Source of the DNA: Tannockella kyphosi
Lineage (GTDB): Bacteria > Bacillota_I > Bacilli_A > Erysipelotrichales > Coprobacillaceae
NCBI RefSeq assembly: GCF_021054785.1
Contig: NZ_CP088239.1
Coordinates: 1,320,001 to 1,352,000 of the forward strand
Direction: 5' to 3'
Length of the DNA stretch: 32,000 nucleotides
Positions 18,181 to 25,184 of the stretch are shown piece after piece. Numbering within the stretch: position 1 is the stretch's first letter; every line of letters starts with the position of its first letter. Under the pieces are notes generated by a model. The model saw nothing but the letters and a program-made list of their open reading frames with translations, did no database searches and was not told where the DNA came from. The position numbers were made by a program, and so were the translations under genes.

Positions 18181-18202
18181 TAATGTGTAGCTGTACTAAC
18201 AC
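18181..18202. promoter_or_regulatory. 22-bp motif, copy 1 (candidate operator between -10 and SD)
   Basis: TAATGTGTAGCTGTACTAACAC lies immediately downstream (in the transcription sense) of the -10 box of the cluster promoter. Confidence 0.6.
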
Positions 18203-18203
18203 T

Positions 18204-18231
18204 ATTATACATCAATAAAACAAATATGCAA
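18204..18231 (-). promoter_or_regulatory. Sigma-70-type promoter of the four-gene cluster
   Basis: The minus strand reads TTGCAT (18231..18226), a 16-nt spacer, then TATAAT (18209..18204). Confidence 0.65.
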
Positions 18232-18251
18232 GTACTTTTTTATTATTACAC

Positions 18252-18291
18252 AAAAAAAGACACTTATCATCCTATTTAAGGTGATAAATGC
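18252..18291 (-). terminator. Intrinsic terminator after the CmpB-like gene
   Basis: The minus strand reads CATTTATCACC-ttaaata-GGATGATAAGTG (one wobble, one bulge) followed by TCTTTTTTTG. Confidence 0.75.
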
Positions 18292-18315
18292 CATATTTCA
18301 TATTGTTGCAATAAC

Positions 18316-19110
18316 CTACTTATCATTTTTATTAGAATACAATTTTGTTTCTAATATTTCTTTTGTTTTTTCTAATGTTCTCTTATATTTATTTTTACGC
18401 ATATTAGGGAACGCTGACATAAGTCGACGTTGATAAAATGTATTATTTGTTAATAATTCATCAAATTTTTCAATCATTTCATCATGAATATCTAATTCTC
18501 TTATTCTTGTACGGAACTCATGTAAATTTAAATTCGAGTCCATTTCAATATATTTTTCTTCAAAATTATTCTTAATATCTTCTAATTTAACAAGTTGTAT
18601 ATTAATACCCAGAACATTATATAATGTCGCACTAAAATCCGCTACTATATAAATAAGAAACGCAAATAAAAAGCCTAATTTAAAATCTAAATTTCGAAGC
18701 TCCAATATAGCACTTATTTTAGGATGCAAATCAAAAGTTAATATAACACATAAAAAACCAAACAAAGTTGAATTCAAAAGACAAACTCTTCCATTAATAT
18801 TGAACTTATTATTTGAATAATCCCACCAACTTGTTTTAAACAATGTCTCCATCGCCCAACTTGTAAAATATTCCAATGATGATGTCAATATAACTCCTGC
18901 AATAAAAATTGTTGTTACATTCTGTGGAACCCACTGTAATAGATATACTGTCCCAAGTGCACCAAATCCATAAATCGGACAAAAAGGTCCATATAAAAAC
19001 CCTCTATTCACTACTTTTCCACTTCCTAGTGAACAATATATACACTCACAACACCAACCAATAAAACTATATATTCCTAAATATAGAAAAATATTTGCAT
19101 AAAAATCCAT
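18316..19110 (-). CDS. Polytopic membrane protein of the 'putative ABC-transporter type IV' (CmpB-like) family
   Basis: The N-terminal YSFIGWCCECIYCS...NRGFLYGPFCPIYGFGA pattern is characteristic of this family. There are about 5 TM segments plus a charged C-terminal tail. Confidence 0.7.
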   Translation of the reverse strand: MDFYANIFLYLGIYSFIGWCCECIYCSLGSGKVVNRGFLYGPFCPIYGFGALGTVYLLQWVPQNVTTIFIAGVILTSSLEYFTSWAMETLFKTSWWDYSNNKFNINGRVCLLNSTLFGFLCVILTFDLHPKISAILELRNLDFKLGFLFAFLIYIVADFSATLYNVLGINIQLVKLEDIKNNFEEKYIEMDSNLNLHEFRTRIRELDIHDEMIEKFDELLTNNTFYQRRLMSAFPNMRKNKYKRTLEKTKEILETKLYSNKNDK

Positions 19111-19185
19111 CTACAATTCTCCTCATTTACATCTGCTTTAAATAACAAAAATCTCATTTTTTTAAATAGTTAATAAATTAAATCA

Positions 19186-19214
19186 ATTGTACTGATAATA
19201 ATAATGATTGTCAA
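19186..19214 (-). promoter_or_regulatory. Sigma-70-type promoter for the CmpB-like gene
   Basis: The minus strand reads TTGACA (19214..19209), a 17-nt spacer, then TACAAT (19191..19186). Confidence 0.7.
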
Positions 19215-19331
19215 TCCTATTATATTAAAATAGTCAACCAAATATGTTGCTTATTTTTTATGTTAATAATTATCTTTTCTATAAAATAAGAAACGGCTAT
19301 ATTTATTTTTATTATCAAGATTATCTCTATT

Positions 19332-19361
19332 AAAAAAAGTATCTCTTTAACAGGGATACTT
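19332..19361 (-). terminator. Intrinsic terminator ending the zur-znuACB operon
   Basis: The minus strand reads AAGTATC-(11-nt loop)-GATACTT followed by TTTTTT. Confidence 0.7.
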
Positions 19362-19394
19362 AAATTATGATACAAAGATAAATTTATTAATCTT

Positions 19395-20246
19395 TTATCT
19401 TGTTAGGGTATTTAATAAACATCCTATGAAATAGTAAATAAAGAACACACAAATATCTACTACAACGATTGTTGCACCAACTGGTGATGCAAATAAAATA
19501 GAAATAAGTATTCCTAAAACTGTACAAACAACCGAAAAGATGGTTGATGAAATGGTAACAGATAAGAAACTTTTAAACACTTGCATACTTGCTAAAGCAG
19601 GAAAAATAATTAATGCAGATATAAGTAAAGATCCTACTAAATTCATTGCTAGTACAATAATAACTGCAATGATAACTGCTATCATTAGATTATATTTTTT
19701 AGCATTTGTTCCTGTTGCATTTGAAAAATTTTCATCAAAAGTAACAGAGAATATACGATGATAATACAATACAAATAAAACAACTACAACAATAGATAGG
19801 ACTCCACTAAGAATAACATCATACTGATTTAAAGTTAAGATTGATGTTGAACCAAATAATGAAGTACATACATCTCCTGCTACATTTACAGAAGTAGAAA
19901 ATACATTAAGTAACAAATAACCTACTCCTAATGTTCCCACTGAAATCATTGCTATTGCAGCATCTCCTTGAACCTTTTTACTTTCACCTGTGCGAAGTAA
20001 AAAGATTGCACTTAGCCCTGTTAATAACAATACCAATGGTGTTTCAACTGTTAAATTTAGCACTGCCGAAATAGATACTGCTCCAAATGCAACATGAGAT
20101 AATCCATCCCCAATATAGGAAAAACGTTTCAACACAAGGGTTACACCAAATAATGAGGAGCATAGTGCTATTAAAACACCTACTACTAAAGCATAAACTA
20201 CAAAAGGATATTGTAGATAATACATAATTTTACTTATAATTTCCAT
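19395..20246 (-). CDS. znuB: Metal (zinc) ABC transporter permease, ABC-3 family
   Basis: 283-aa polytopic protein with typical ABC-3 length and composition. It overlaps the ATPase stop (TAATG) and sits in an operon with a Fur-family regulator and a cluster-9 binding protein. Confidence 0.85.
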   Translation of the reverse strand: MEIISKIMYYLQYPFVVYALVVGVLIALCSSLFGVTLVLKRFSYIGDGLSHVAFGAVSISAVLNLTVETPLVLLLTGLSAIFLLRTGESKKVQGDAAIAMISVGTLGVGYLLLNVFSTSVNVAGDVCTSLFGSTSILTLNQYDVILSGVLSIVVVVLFVLYYHRIFSVTFDENFSNATGTNAKKYNLMIAVIIAVIIVLAMNLVGSLLISALIIFPALASMQVFKSFLSVTISSTIFSVVCTVLGILISILFASPVGATIVVVDICVFFIYYFIGCLLNTLTR

Positions 20247-20926
20247 TACTCATCTACTCCTTTTGGATGATACTTTTCCAAATATTCTTCTTTCATTCCA
20301 AAAAATGATTGTTTCCCTAAAAATAATACTTTATTAGCATGTTCAAAAGATGCTTGTAAATCATGTGAAATCATTACAATAGTTGTATTATTTTGCTTAT
20401 TTAACTGTCCTAAAATTTCATAAAGTTGTGCTGTAATAACAGGATCCAATCCTGCTACTGGTTCATCTAAAAATAAAATTTTTGGATTAGAAACTATTGC
20501 ACGGGCAAGCAATACTCTCTCTTGTTGTCCACCTGATAGTTCACGATAACATTTTTTTCTTAAAGTTGATAACCCTAATTGTTCCAATGTTTCTTTTACT
20601 TGTTGTTTTTCTTTTTTATTGTAAAAAGGTCGCATTCCCATTTTAGGTATTAATCCTGAACAAACAATTTCTTCTACTGATGCCGGAAAATCCTTTTGCA
20701 TCGCAGTTTGTTGTGGTAAATAGGAAACTTCTTTTTTACTTATTAAATGAATAGAACCACTAATTAAAGGTATTAATCCTAATATTGTTTTCATTAAAGT
20801 GCTTTTACCCGCACCATTTTCTCCAATAATGCAAAGATAATCCCCCGCACATATTGAAAAATCTAAATTATTTATGATCGCTTTTCCTTCATGACCAAAC
20901 GATAAATCAATACATTCTAATTGCAT
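20246..20926 (-). CDS. znuC: Metal (zinc) ABC transporter ATP-binding protein
   Basis: Walker A GENGAGKST, signature LSGGQQERV and Walker B ILFLDEPVAGLD. Length is 226 aa. Confidence 0.9.
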   Translation of the reverse strand: MQLECIDLSFGHEGKAIINNLDFSICAGDYLCIIGENGAGKSTLMKTILGLIPLISGSIHLISKKEVSYLPQQTAMQKDFPASVEEIVCSGLIPKMGMRPFYNKKEKQQVKETLEQLGLSTLRKKCYRELSGGQQERVLLARAIVSNPKILFLDEPVAGLDPVITAQLYEILGQLNKQNNTTIVMISHDLQASFEHANKVLFLGKQSFFGMKEEYLEKYHPKGVDE

Positions 20927-20937
20927 TTAGTTCTCCT

Positions 20938-22131
20938 TTAATTCAATGCTTTTTCTATTACTAATAAGTTCTCTTCCATAATTTGTAGATAACTTGTATC
21001 ATCTGTTGATTGTTGAGATTGCATTGAATTTAACGCTATTATCTCTTGATCTTTATCCGTTGTATTTTCAATAATTGTATTCGCAACTTCATGACCTGTT
21101 TCTGTTGTTAAAACATAATTCAAATCATATTCATCTACTTTTTCTGCTAATGTTATAACTGTATCAAAACTTGCAGTCGTATCTGTTGTACATCCTGCAA
21201 ATGCTGCATAATATTCAATATCATAATCATTTAACAAGTAAATGAATGGGAAACGATCCCCAAATAATAAAACATTTGAATTATCACTCGTAACTTCTTC
21301 ATATCTACTATCTAATTCATCTAATTCATCACTAAACGTAGCTAAATTTGCAGTTACAGCTTCTTCCATTTCTGGGCTTAATTCAATAATTGAATTTGCA
21401 ATGATAGTAGATAATGTTTTAGCATTGTTTAATGATAACCAAAAATGTTCATCTAACACACCTTCTTCACAGCATTCATCGCTGCATTCTTCATCATGAT
21501 CATGTTCTTCATCAGTACATTCTTCATCGCTGCATTCTTCATCATGATCATGTTCTTCATCAGTACATTCTTCATCGCCGCATTCTTCATCAGTACATTC
21601 TTCATCATGATCATGTTCTTCATCAGTACACTCTTCATCAGTACACTCTTCATCAGTACATTCTTCATCAGTACATTCATCATCATGATCATGTTCTTCA
21701 TCAGTGCACTCTTCATCAGTACATTCTTCATCATGATCATGTTCCATACCTTCAGTAGTTTCTTCTTCTAAAGCATCATCGCCTAGAAGTTCTAGTAAAT
21801 TTAAAGCAATTTGATTTTCATTAGTATCTTCATTTAGTACTTCTTCAACCCATTCACTCGACTCTCCACCACCATAAATAAATAAATCACAACTTCTAAT
21901 AGTAATTATGTCATCAGCACTTGGTTGATAACTATGTAAATCAACACCACCATCAATTAATTGGATAACATTTACATTTTCAATCTCTTCTCCTAATACT
22001 TCACGTACCCAATCATACTCAGCATAAACTGTAGTAACAATTGTTAATGTATCTGAATCTGAATTTATGCTAGTTAGACTACAACCAGTCAACATAAAAG
22101 CACAAATAACTGCTATAAAAATTTTTTTCAT
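20938..22131 (-). CDS. znuA: Metal (zinc) ABC transporter substrate-binding lipoprotein with expanded Cys/His/acidic loop
   Basis: Lipoprotein signal MKKIFIAVICAFMLTGC (lipobox LTGC). The start at 22131 overlaps the zur stop as ATGA. Cluster-9 motifs are DLHSYQPS and DEHFWLS. A 94-aa insert lies at the canonical His-loop position. Confidence 0.88.
   Translation of the reverse strand: MKKIFIAVICAFMLTGCSLTSINSDSDTLTIVTTVYAEYDWVREVLGEEIENVNVIQLIDGGVDLHSYQPSADDIITIRSCDLFIYGGGESSEWVEEVLNEDTNENQIALNLLELLGDDALEEETTEGMEHDHDEECTDEECTDEEHDHDDECTDEECTDEECTDEECTDEEHDHDEECTDEECGDEECTDEEHDHDEECSDEECTDEEHDHDEECSDECCEEGVLDEHFWLSLNNAKTLSTIIANSIIELSPEMEEAVTANLATFSDELDELDSRYEEVTSDNSNVLLFGDRFPFIYLLNDYDIEYYAAFAGCTTDTTASFDTVITLAEKVDEYDLNYVLTTETGHEVANTIIENTTDKDQEIIALNSMQSQQSTDDTSYLQIMEENLLVIEKALN
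21463..21744 (-). repeat. In-frame coding tandem repeat (15-nt DEECT units nested in EHDHD-(EECxD)n modules)
   Basis: There are five modules with 2, 4, 3, 2 and about 2 EECx units. 21481..21528 and 21529..21576 are an exact 48-bp tandem duplication. Confidence 0.95.
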
Positions 22132-22550
22132 TTTCTGTCCTCTTTTTCTTTTATCTTGCAAGATTGACAAACCCCATATATAACTGTATTCAACGTGTCA
22201 ATTTCAAAATTATGATAATTCATTAAATTATATGCTAAAAAATCAGCTTCTTGACGAGGCAAGTGATTCATTTGGCCACACACCTGACACTTCATATGAA
22301 TTGATTGTTTACATTCATCATCATAAACATATCTAAAAAAGAATTCTCTACTACCTTCTTTATGACTTTGAACAATTAATTTTTCATTTTCTAAATCAGC
22401 TAAGTTACGATATACAGCACTTTGACTGACTCCCTCCTCTTTTAATTGTTCAGCAACATATTTAGCAGATAATTCCTCATCAATATGCATTGATAAAAAA
22501 TTTAACAACAACTTACGCTGTTTGGTAACATACTTTGACACGAAACCCAC
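22128..22550 (-). CDS. zur: Fur-family metalloregulator, probable Zur
   Basis: Winged-helix region (SAVYRNLADLENEKLI) and two CxxC pairs (CQVCG, CQSC). It is the first gene of the zinc-uptake operon. The listed start is GTG. The in-frame GTG at 22541, 8 nt after GGAG, is more likely. Confidence 0.85.
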   Translation of the reverse strand: MGFVSKYVTKQRKLLLNFLSMHIDEELSAKYVAEQLKEEGVSQSAVYRNLADLENEKLIVQSHKEGSREFFFRYVYDDECKQSIHMKCQVCGQMNHLPRQEADFLAYNLMNYHNFEIDTLNTVIYGVCQSCKIKEKEDRK

Positions 22551-22557
22551 TCCATTC

Positions 22558-22572
22558 TGCGAATTATTCGCA
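22558..22572. promoter_or_regulatory. Putative Zur box
   Basis: Perfect 7-1-7 palindrome TGCGAAT-T-ATTCGCA just upstream of the zur SD. It has the same architecture as the Firmicute Zur/Fur-type 7-1-7 operator (TCGTAAT-n-ATTACGA). Confidence 0.65.
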
Positions 22573-22769
22573 AATTTAATATAACATATTTCATTTTTAA
22601 TAGCAAATATTATTATAATATATGAATAAAATATAATAATCTAATATGAAATAGCTTTTTATTCTTATTTTCATTAGAATAAAAAGTAAGTATATTTCTA
22701 TTCATTCCCTTATCATTGTACAATTGATGATCTATTTTTTGAGTAAATAAAAAAATGGAGTAAACTCCA

Positions 22770-22777
22770 ACTATAAA
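22770..22777. repeat. Target-site duplication, left copy (ACTATAAA)
   Basis: An identical 8-mer lies at 25262..25269. Each copy directly abuts a GG-initiated terminal repeat. Confidence 0.55.
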
Positions 22778-22787
22778 GGTAGCTTAA

Positions 22788-22862
22788 ATTAACTTGGGGT
22801 TTTGTCCTGCTTTCCATTAACTTGGGGTTTTCATCTTTTTCGCTTTAAACTTATGGGGTTTG
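22788..22862 (+). repeat. Left subterminal iterated motif (3 direct copies)
   Basis: ATTAACTTGGGGTTTT occurs exactly at 22788..22803 and 22816..22831. A degenerate copy AAACTTATGGGGTTT lies at 22847..22861. Confidence 0.85.
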
Positions 22863-23027
22863 TTCTCCACAATTCGAATATTTCTAAAAATAAGCTATTG
22901 GTTTGTAGTACTCTACATTCCTAATAGCTTTTTATGTTATGATAATAAAAAAAGAGAGACGCTATCAACTTTGCCGGTTCTGCGTTACTCTCTCAACACC
23001 AACACTCACAAAGGAGGTTGCACTATT

Positions 23028-23552
23028 ATGATACATGTAAATTCAAAGAACTTCAATACTACTACTACAAATATTCAACAATATTTTATTGATTTCTATC
23101 AATCTATTCCTTTAGAAGAACTTACTTGTCCAAATTGTGGTGCTAGACTTATTCGTTATGGTACGTATTCACGTACTTTAAAAACAAATGGAAAATCTAA
23201 TTCTATACAAATTCAAAGAGTATGTTGTACGAATATTTATTGTACTTGTCGTCATCATGCATTGATTCCTTCTGTATTACTTCCTTGTTGTCAATTACTA
23301 TCAAAAGACATATTTGTGATTCTTCATGCTTATCATACACATAGTACTTATGATTCTATTCTTTCTACCAATCCATTACTGGACTTACGTTGGATTCAAC
23401 ATATTATTCATCGCTTTATTAACTACTGTTCTATAGAAAGTATCTCGATACTTTCTAATAATACATTTCTTGAAAACTACTTTTATCATTATAATAGAGG
23501 ATTTATGATAAGTCCTCATTATTCCTATTGTTTTTATGCTATACCAACATAG
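23028..23552 (+). CDS. IS-encoded zinc-ribbon protein (resembles DUF6431-type accessory proteins)
   Basis: SD AAGGAGG lies 10 nt upstream of the ATG at 23028. The pattern CPNCGARLIRYGTYSRTL...IQIQRVCCTNIYCTCRHHALIPSVLLP is a CxxC...CxxC...H-A-L-(I/L)-P arrangement. The listed 230-aa ORF starts at a TTG inside the IS repeats and is probably over-extended. Confidence 0.6.
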   Translation: MIHVNSKNFNTTTTNIQQYFIDFYQSIPLEELTCPNCGARLIRYGTYSRTLKTNGKSNSIQIQRVCCTNIYCTCRHHALIPSVLLPCCQLLSKDIFVILHAYHTHSTYDSILSTNPLLDLRWIQHIIHRFINYCSIESISILSNNTFLENYFYHYNRGFMISPHYSYCFYAIPT

Positions 23553-23618
23553 GATTCCTATTCATCTTCTTCTTTTTTTATTATTCTAAAGATAGATAAA
23601 AAAAAGAAGGAGTTGATA

Positions 23619-23684
23619 ATGATGAAATTATCGAATAAAGCAGCTATAAGCTATGATTTATCTTGGGGTGGTGATAGATTATGA
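23619..23684 (+). CDS. 21-codon upstream ORF translationally coupled to the transposase
   Basis: SD AAGGAG (23607..23612) plus 6 nt, then ATGATG. It encodes MMKLSNKAAISYDLSWGGDRL. Its TGA overlaps the transposase ATG (ATGA at 23681..23684). Confidence 0.4.
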   Translation: MMKLSNKAAISYDLSWGGDRL

Positions 23685-25129
23685 ATGATGATACTCTCAC
23701 TATGTCCATTTGCCGTGATGACATCTTACAGTTATTTAATTTAGAAGCAAAACGTATTGATACCTTTGAAATACGTCCTACTTTGTTTAATGAATTAGAA
23801 ATTCATGTAAAACTAAGCCGATGTTATCAAACATGTCCATGTTGTCATAATAAGACCAATACTGTAAAAGACTATGTTCCTAAAAAGATTACACATTCCT
23901 TACTTCATTCTAAACCAACTTATATCTTCTATAACGCTAGAAGATATCGTTGTAAAATATGTGGAAAATCATTCTATGAAGAAAATCCATTCACTCATGA
24001 AAAAGCAAGAATTTCTGCCTTGACCGTATATAATGTCATTGAGGAATTCAAAAGTCCTAGAGCTACTTTTAGTGATGTTGCTGCACGTTATCATATTTCT
24101 ACTACCTCCGTAATCAATCTGTTTGATCAACATGTTTCTGTATCTAGAAAAACTCTTCCTAGATACTTGTGCCTGGACGAAAATTATGCGTTCAAATATG
24201 ACAAGAGTAACTACTGTTTTGTCCTCGTTGATTTACTAACCAAGGATGTTGTTGATATATTACCTTCACGTAAAAAGTTAGATCTATTACGTTACTTTGA
24301 AGCTATCCCTTTAGAGGAAAGAGAAGGTGTTGAACTCGTTGTTTCTGACTGTTGGAAAACATATCGTGATGTAGCTAAAAAGATGTTACCCAATAGTAAG
24401 TTTGTAGTAGATAAGTATCATATTCTAGCTGATCTTACAAAACGTGTAGACCGTATACGTATTGATGTCATGAATGAAAACTATGTAAAGATTAGTGCAA
24501 AAGAATTAGATGCACTACCTCCTGATAAGAAAGCAGAAATCATTCAAAAGAAACATACATACTATGTATTAAAGAAATTCAATTGGTTAATCCATACCAA
24601 TCATAAGAAAAAGAAAAAAAGAGAAAATGGAAAGATAATTGAATACTATGCTTTAGACCCTAATAATGAAAAGAAATATAACTATGCATTAAGTAAGTTC
24701 CTTAACTTTTATGATTTATATGACCTTGTCTATCATTGTGATCCTAGATTAACAGAAGCAGTAGAACTAAAGGAATCTCTGGTTCGATTTTATAAGCAAT
24801 CAACCTATAAGAATGCAAAACATAATCTAGATGAAGTGATTAAAGAATTTGAAGAAAGTACCCTCCCGGACATGAGAAAATATGCTTCTACATTAAAAGA
24901 ATGGAAGAAAGGAATCATCCATTCATTTATACCTATAGATTCCCCTGTTCCTAGAACTGCAACCAATGCGATTATAGAAAATAGAAATAAACTAATCAAA
25001 GATATTAAACGTGGTGGTAACGGATTCCGTTGTTGGCCAAGATTCCGTAATCGTATACTCTTTGCCCTAAATAGCGAAAGCACCATGCATCTCAATCCAA
25101 TAAAAAAAGAGAAACAACAAGATACCTAG
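23681..25129 (+). CDS. ISL3-family transposase
   Basis: The N-terminal zinc finger is CPCCHNKTNTVKDY...RRYRCKICGKSFYE. An HTH segment follows (ATFSDVAARYHISTTSVINLF). The DDE region is LCLDENYAFK...VLVDL...VVSDCWKTYRDV...VVDKYHI. The C-terminal block is NAIIENRNKLIKDIKRGGNGFRCWPRFRNRI. Confidence 0.9.
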   Translation: MNDDTLTMSICRDDILQLFNLEAKRIDTFEIRPTLFNELEIHVKLSRCYQTCPCCHNKTNTVKDYVPKKITHSLLHSKPTYIFYNARRYRCKICGKSFYEENPFTHEKARISALTVYNVIEEFKSPRATFSDVAARYHISTTSVINLFDQHVSVSRKTLPRYLCLDENYAFKYDKSNYCFVLVDLLTKDVVDILPSRKKLDLLRYFEAIPLEEREGVELVVSDCWKTYRDVAKKMLPNSKFVVDKYHILADLTKRVDRIRIDVMNENYVKISAKELDALPPDKKAEIIQKKHTYYVLKKFNWLIHTNHKKKKKRENGKIIEYYALDPNNEKKYNYALSKFLNFYDLYDLVYHCDPRLTEAVELKESLVRFYKQSTYKNAKHNLDEVIKEFEESTLPDMRKYASTLKEWKKGIIHSFIPIDSPVPRTATNAIIENRNKLIKDIKRGGNGFRCWPRFRNRILFALNSESTMHLNPIKKEKQQDT

Positions 25130-25184
25130 TATCATTGTCATTTCCCTAAAACATAAGTTTTAAAACACTCTTCTTAGTCCTATA

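Noticed and set aside
21432-21771. Three long ORFs in other frames or on the other strand (21432..21758 +, 21453..21740 -, 21496..21771 +) with repetitive H/L/Q, M/K/N or F/I/S products.
   Set aside because: They are by-products of the in-frame tandem repeat inside znuA. They have no SD and are low-complexity translations fully nested in a well-supported gene.
22655-22686. 11-bp perfect AT-rich inverted repeat CTTTTTATTCT-(10 nt)-AGAATAAAAAG in the zur upstream region.
   Set aside because: The stem is almost pure A/T and has no flanking U-tract on either strand. Such repeats arise easily in roughly 20% GC intergenic DNA, so no function can be supported.
22788-22862. Regularly spaced direct repeats (16-bp units about 28-31 bp apart) that could superficially look like a mini CRISPR array.
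   Set aside because: There are only three copies, and the third is degenerate. The spacers are about 12-15 nt and no cas genes are present. Inverted copies of the same motif lie at the other end of a transposase-containing element, so these are IS subterminal repeats.
22860-23027. N-terminal 56 codons of the listed 230-aa ORF (TTG start at 22860).
   Set aside because: The extension runs through the IS terminal repeat region with no SD. An ATG with AAGGAGG at 23028 gives a compact zinc-ribbon protein.
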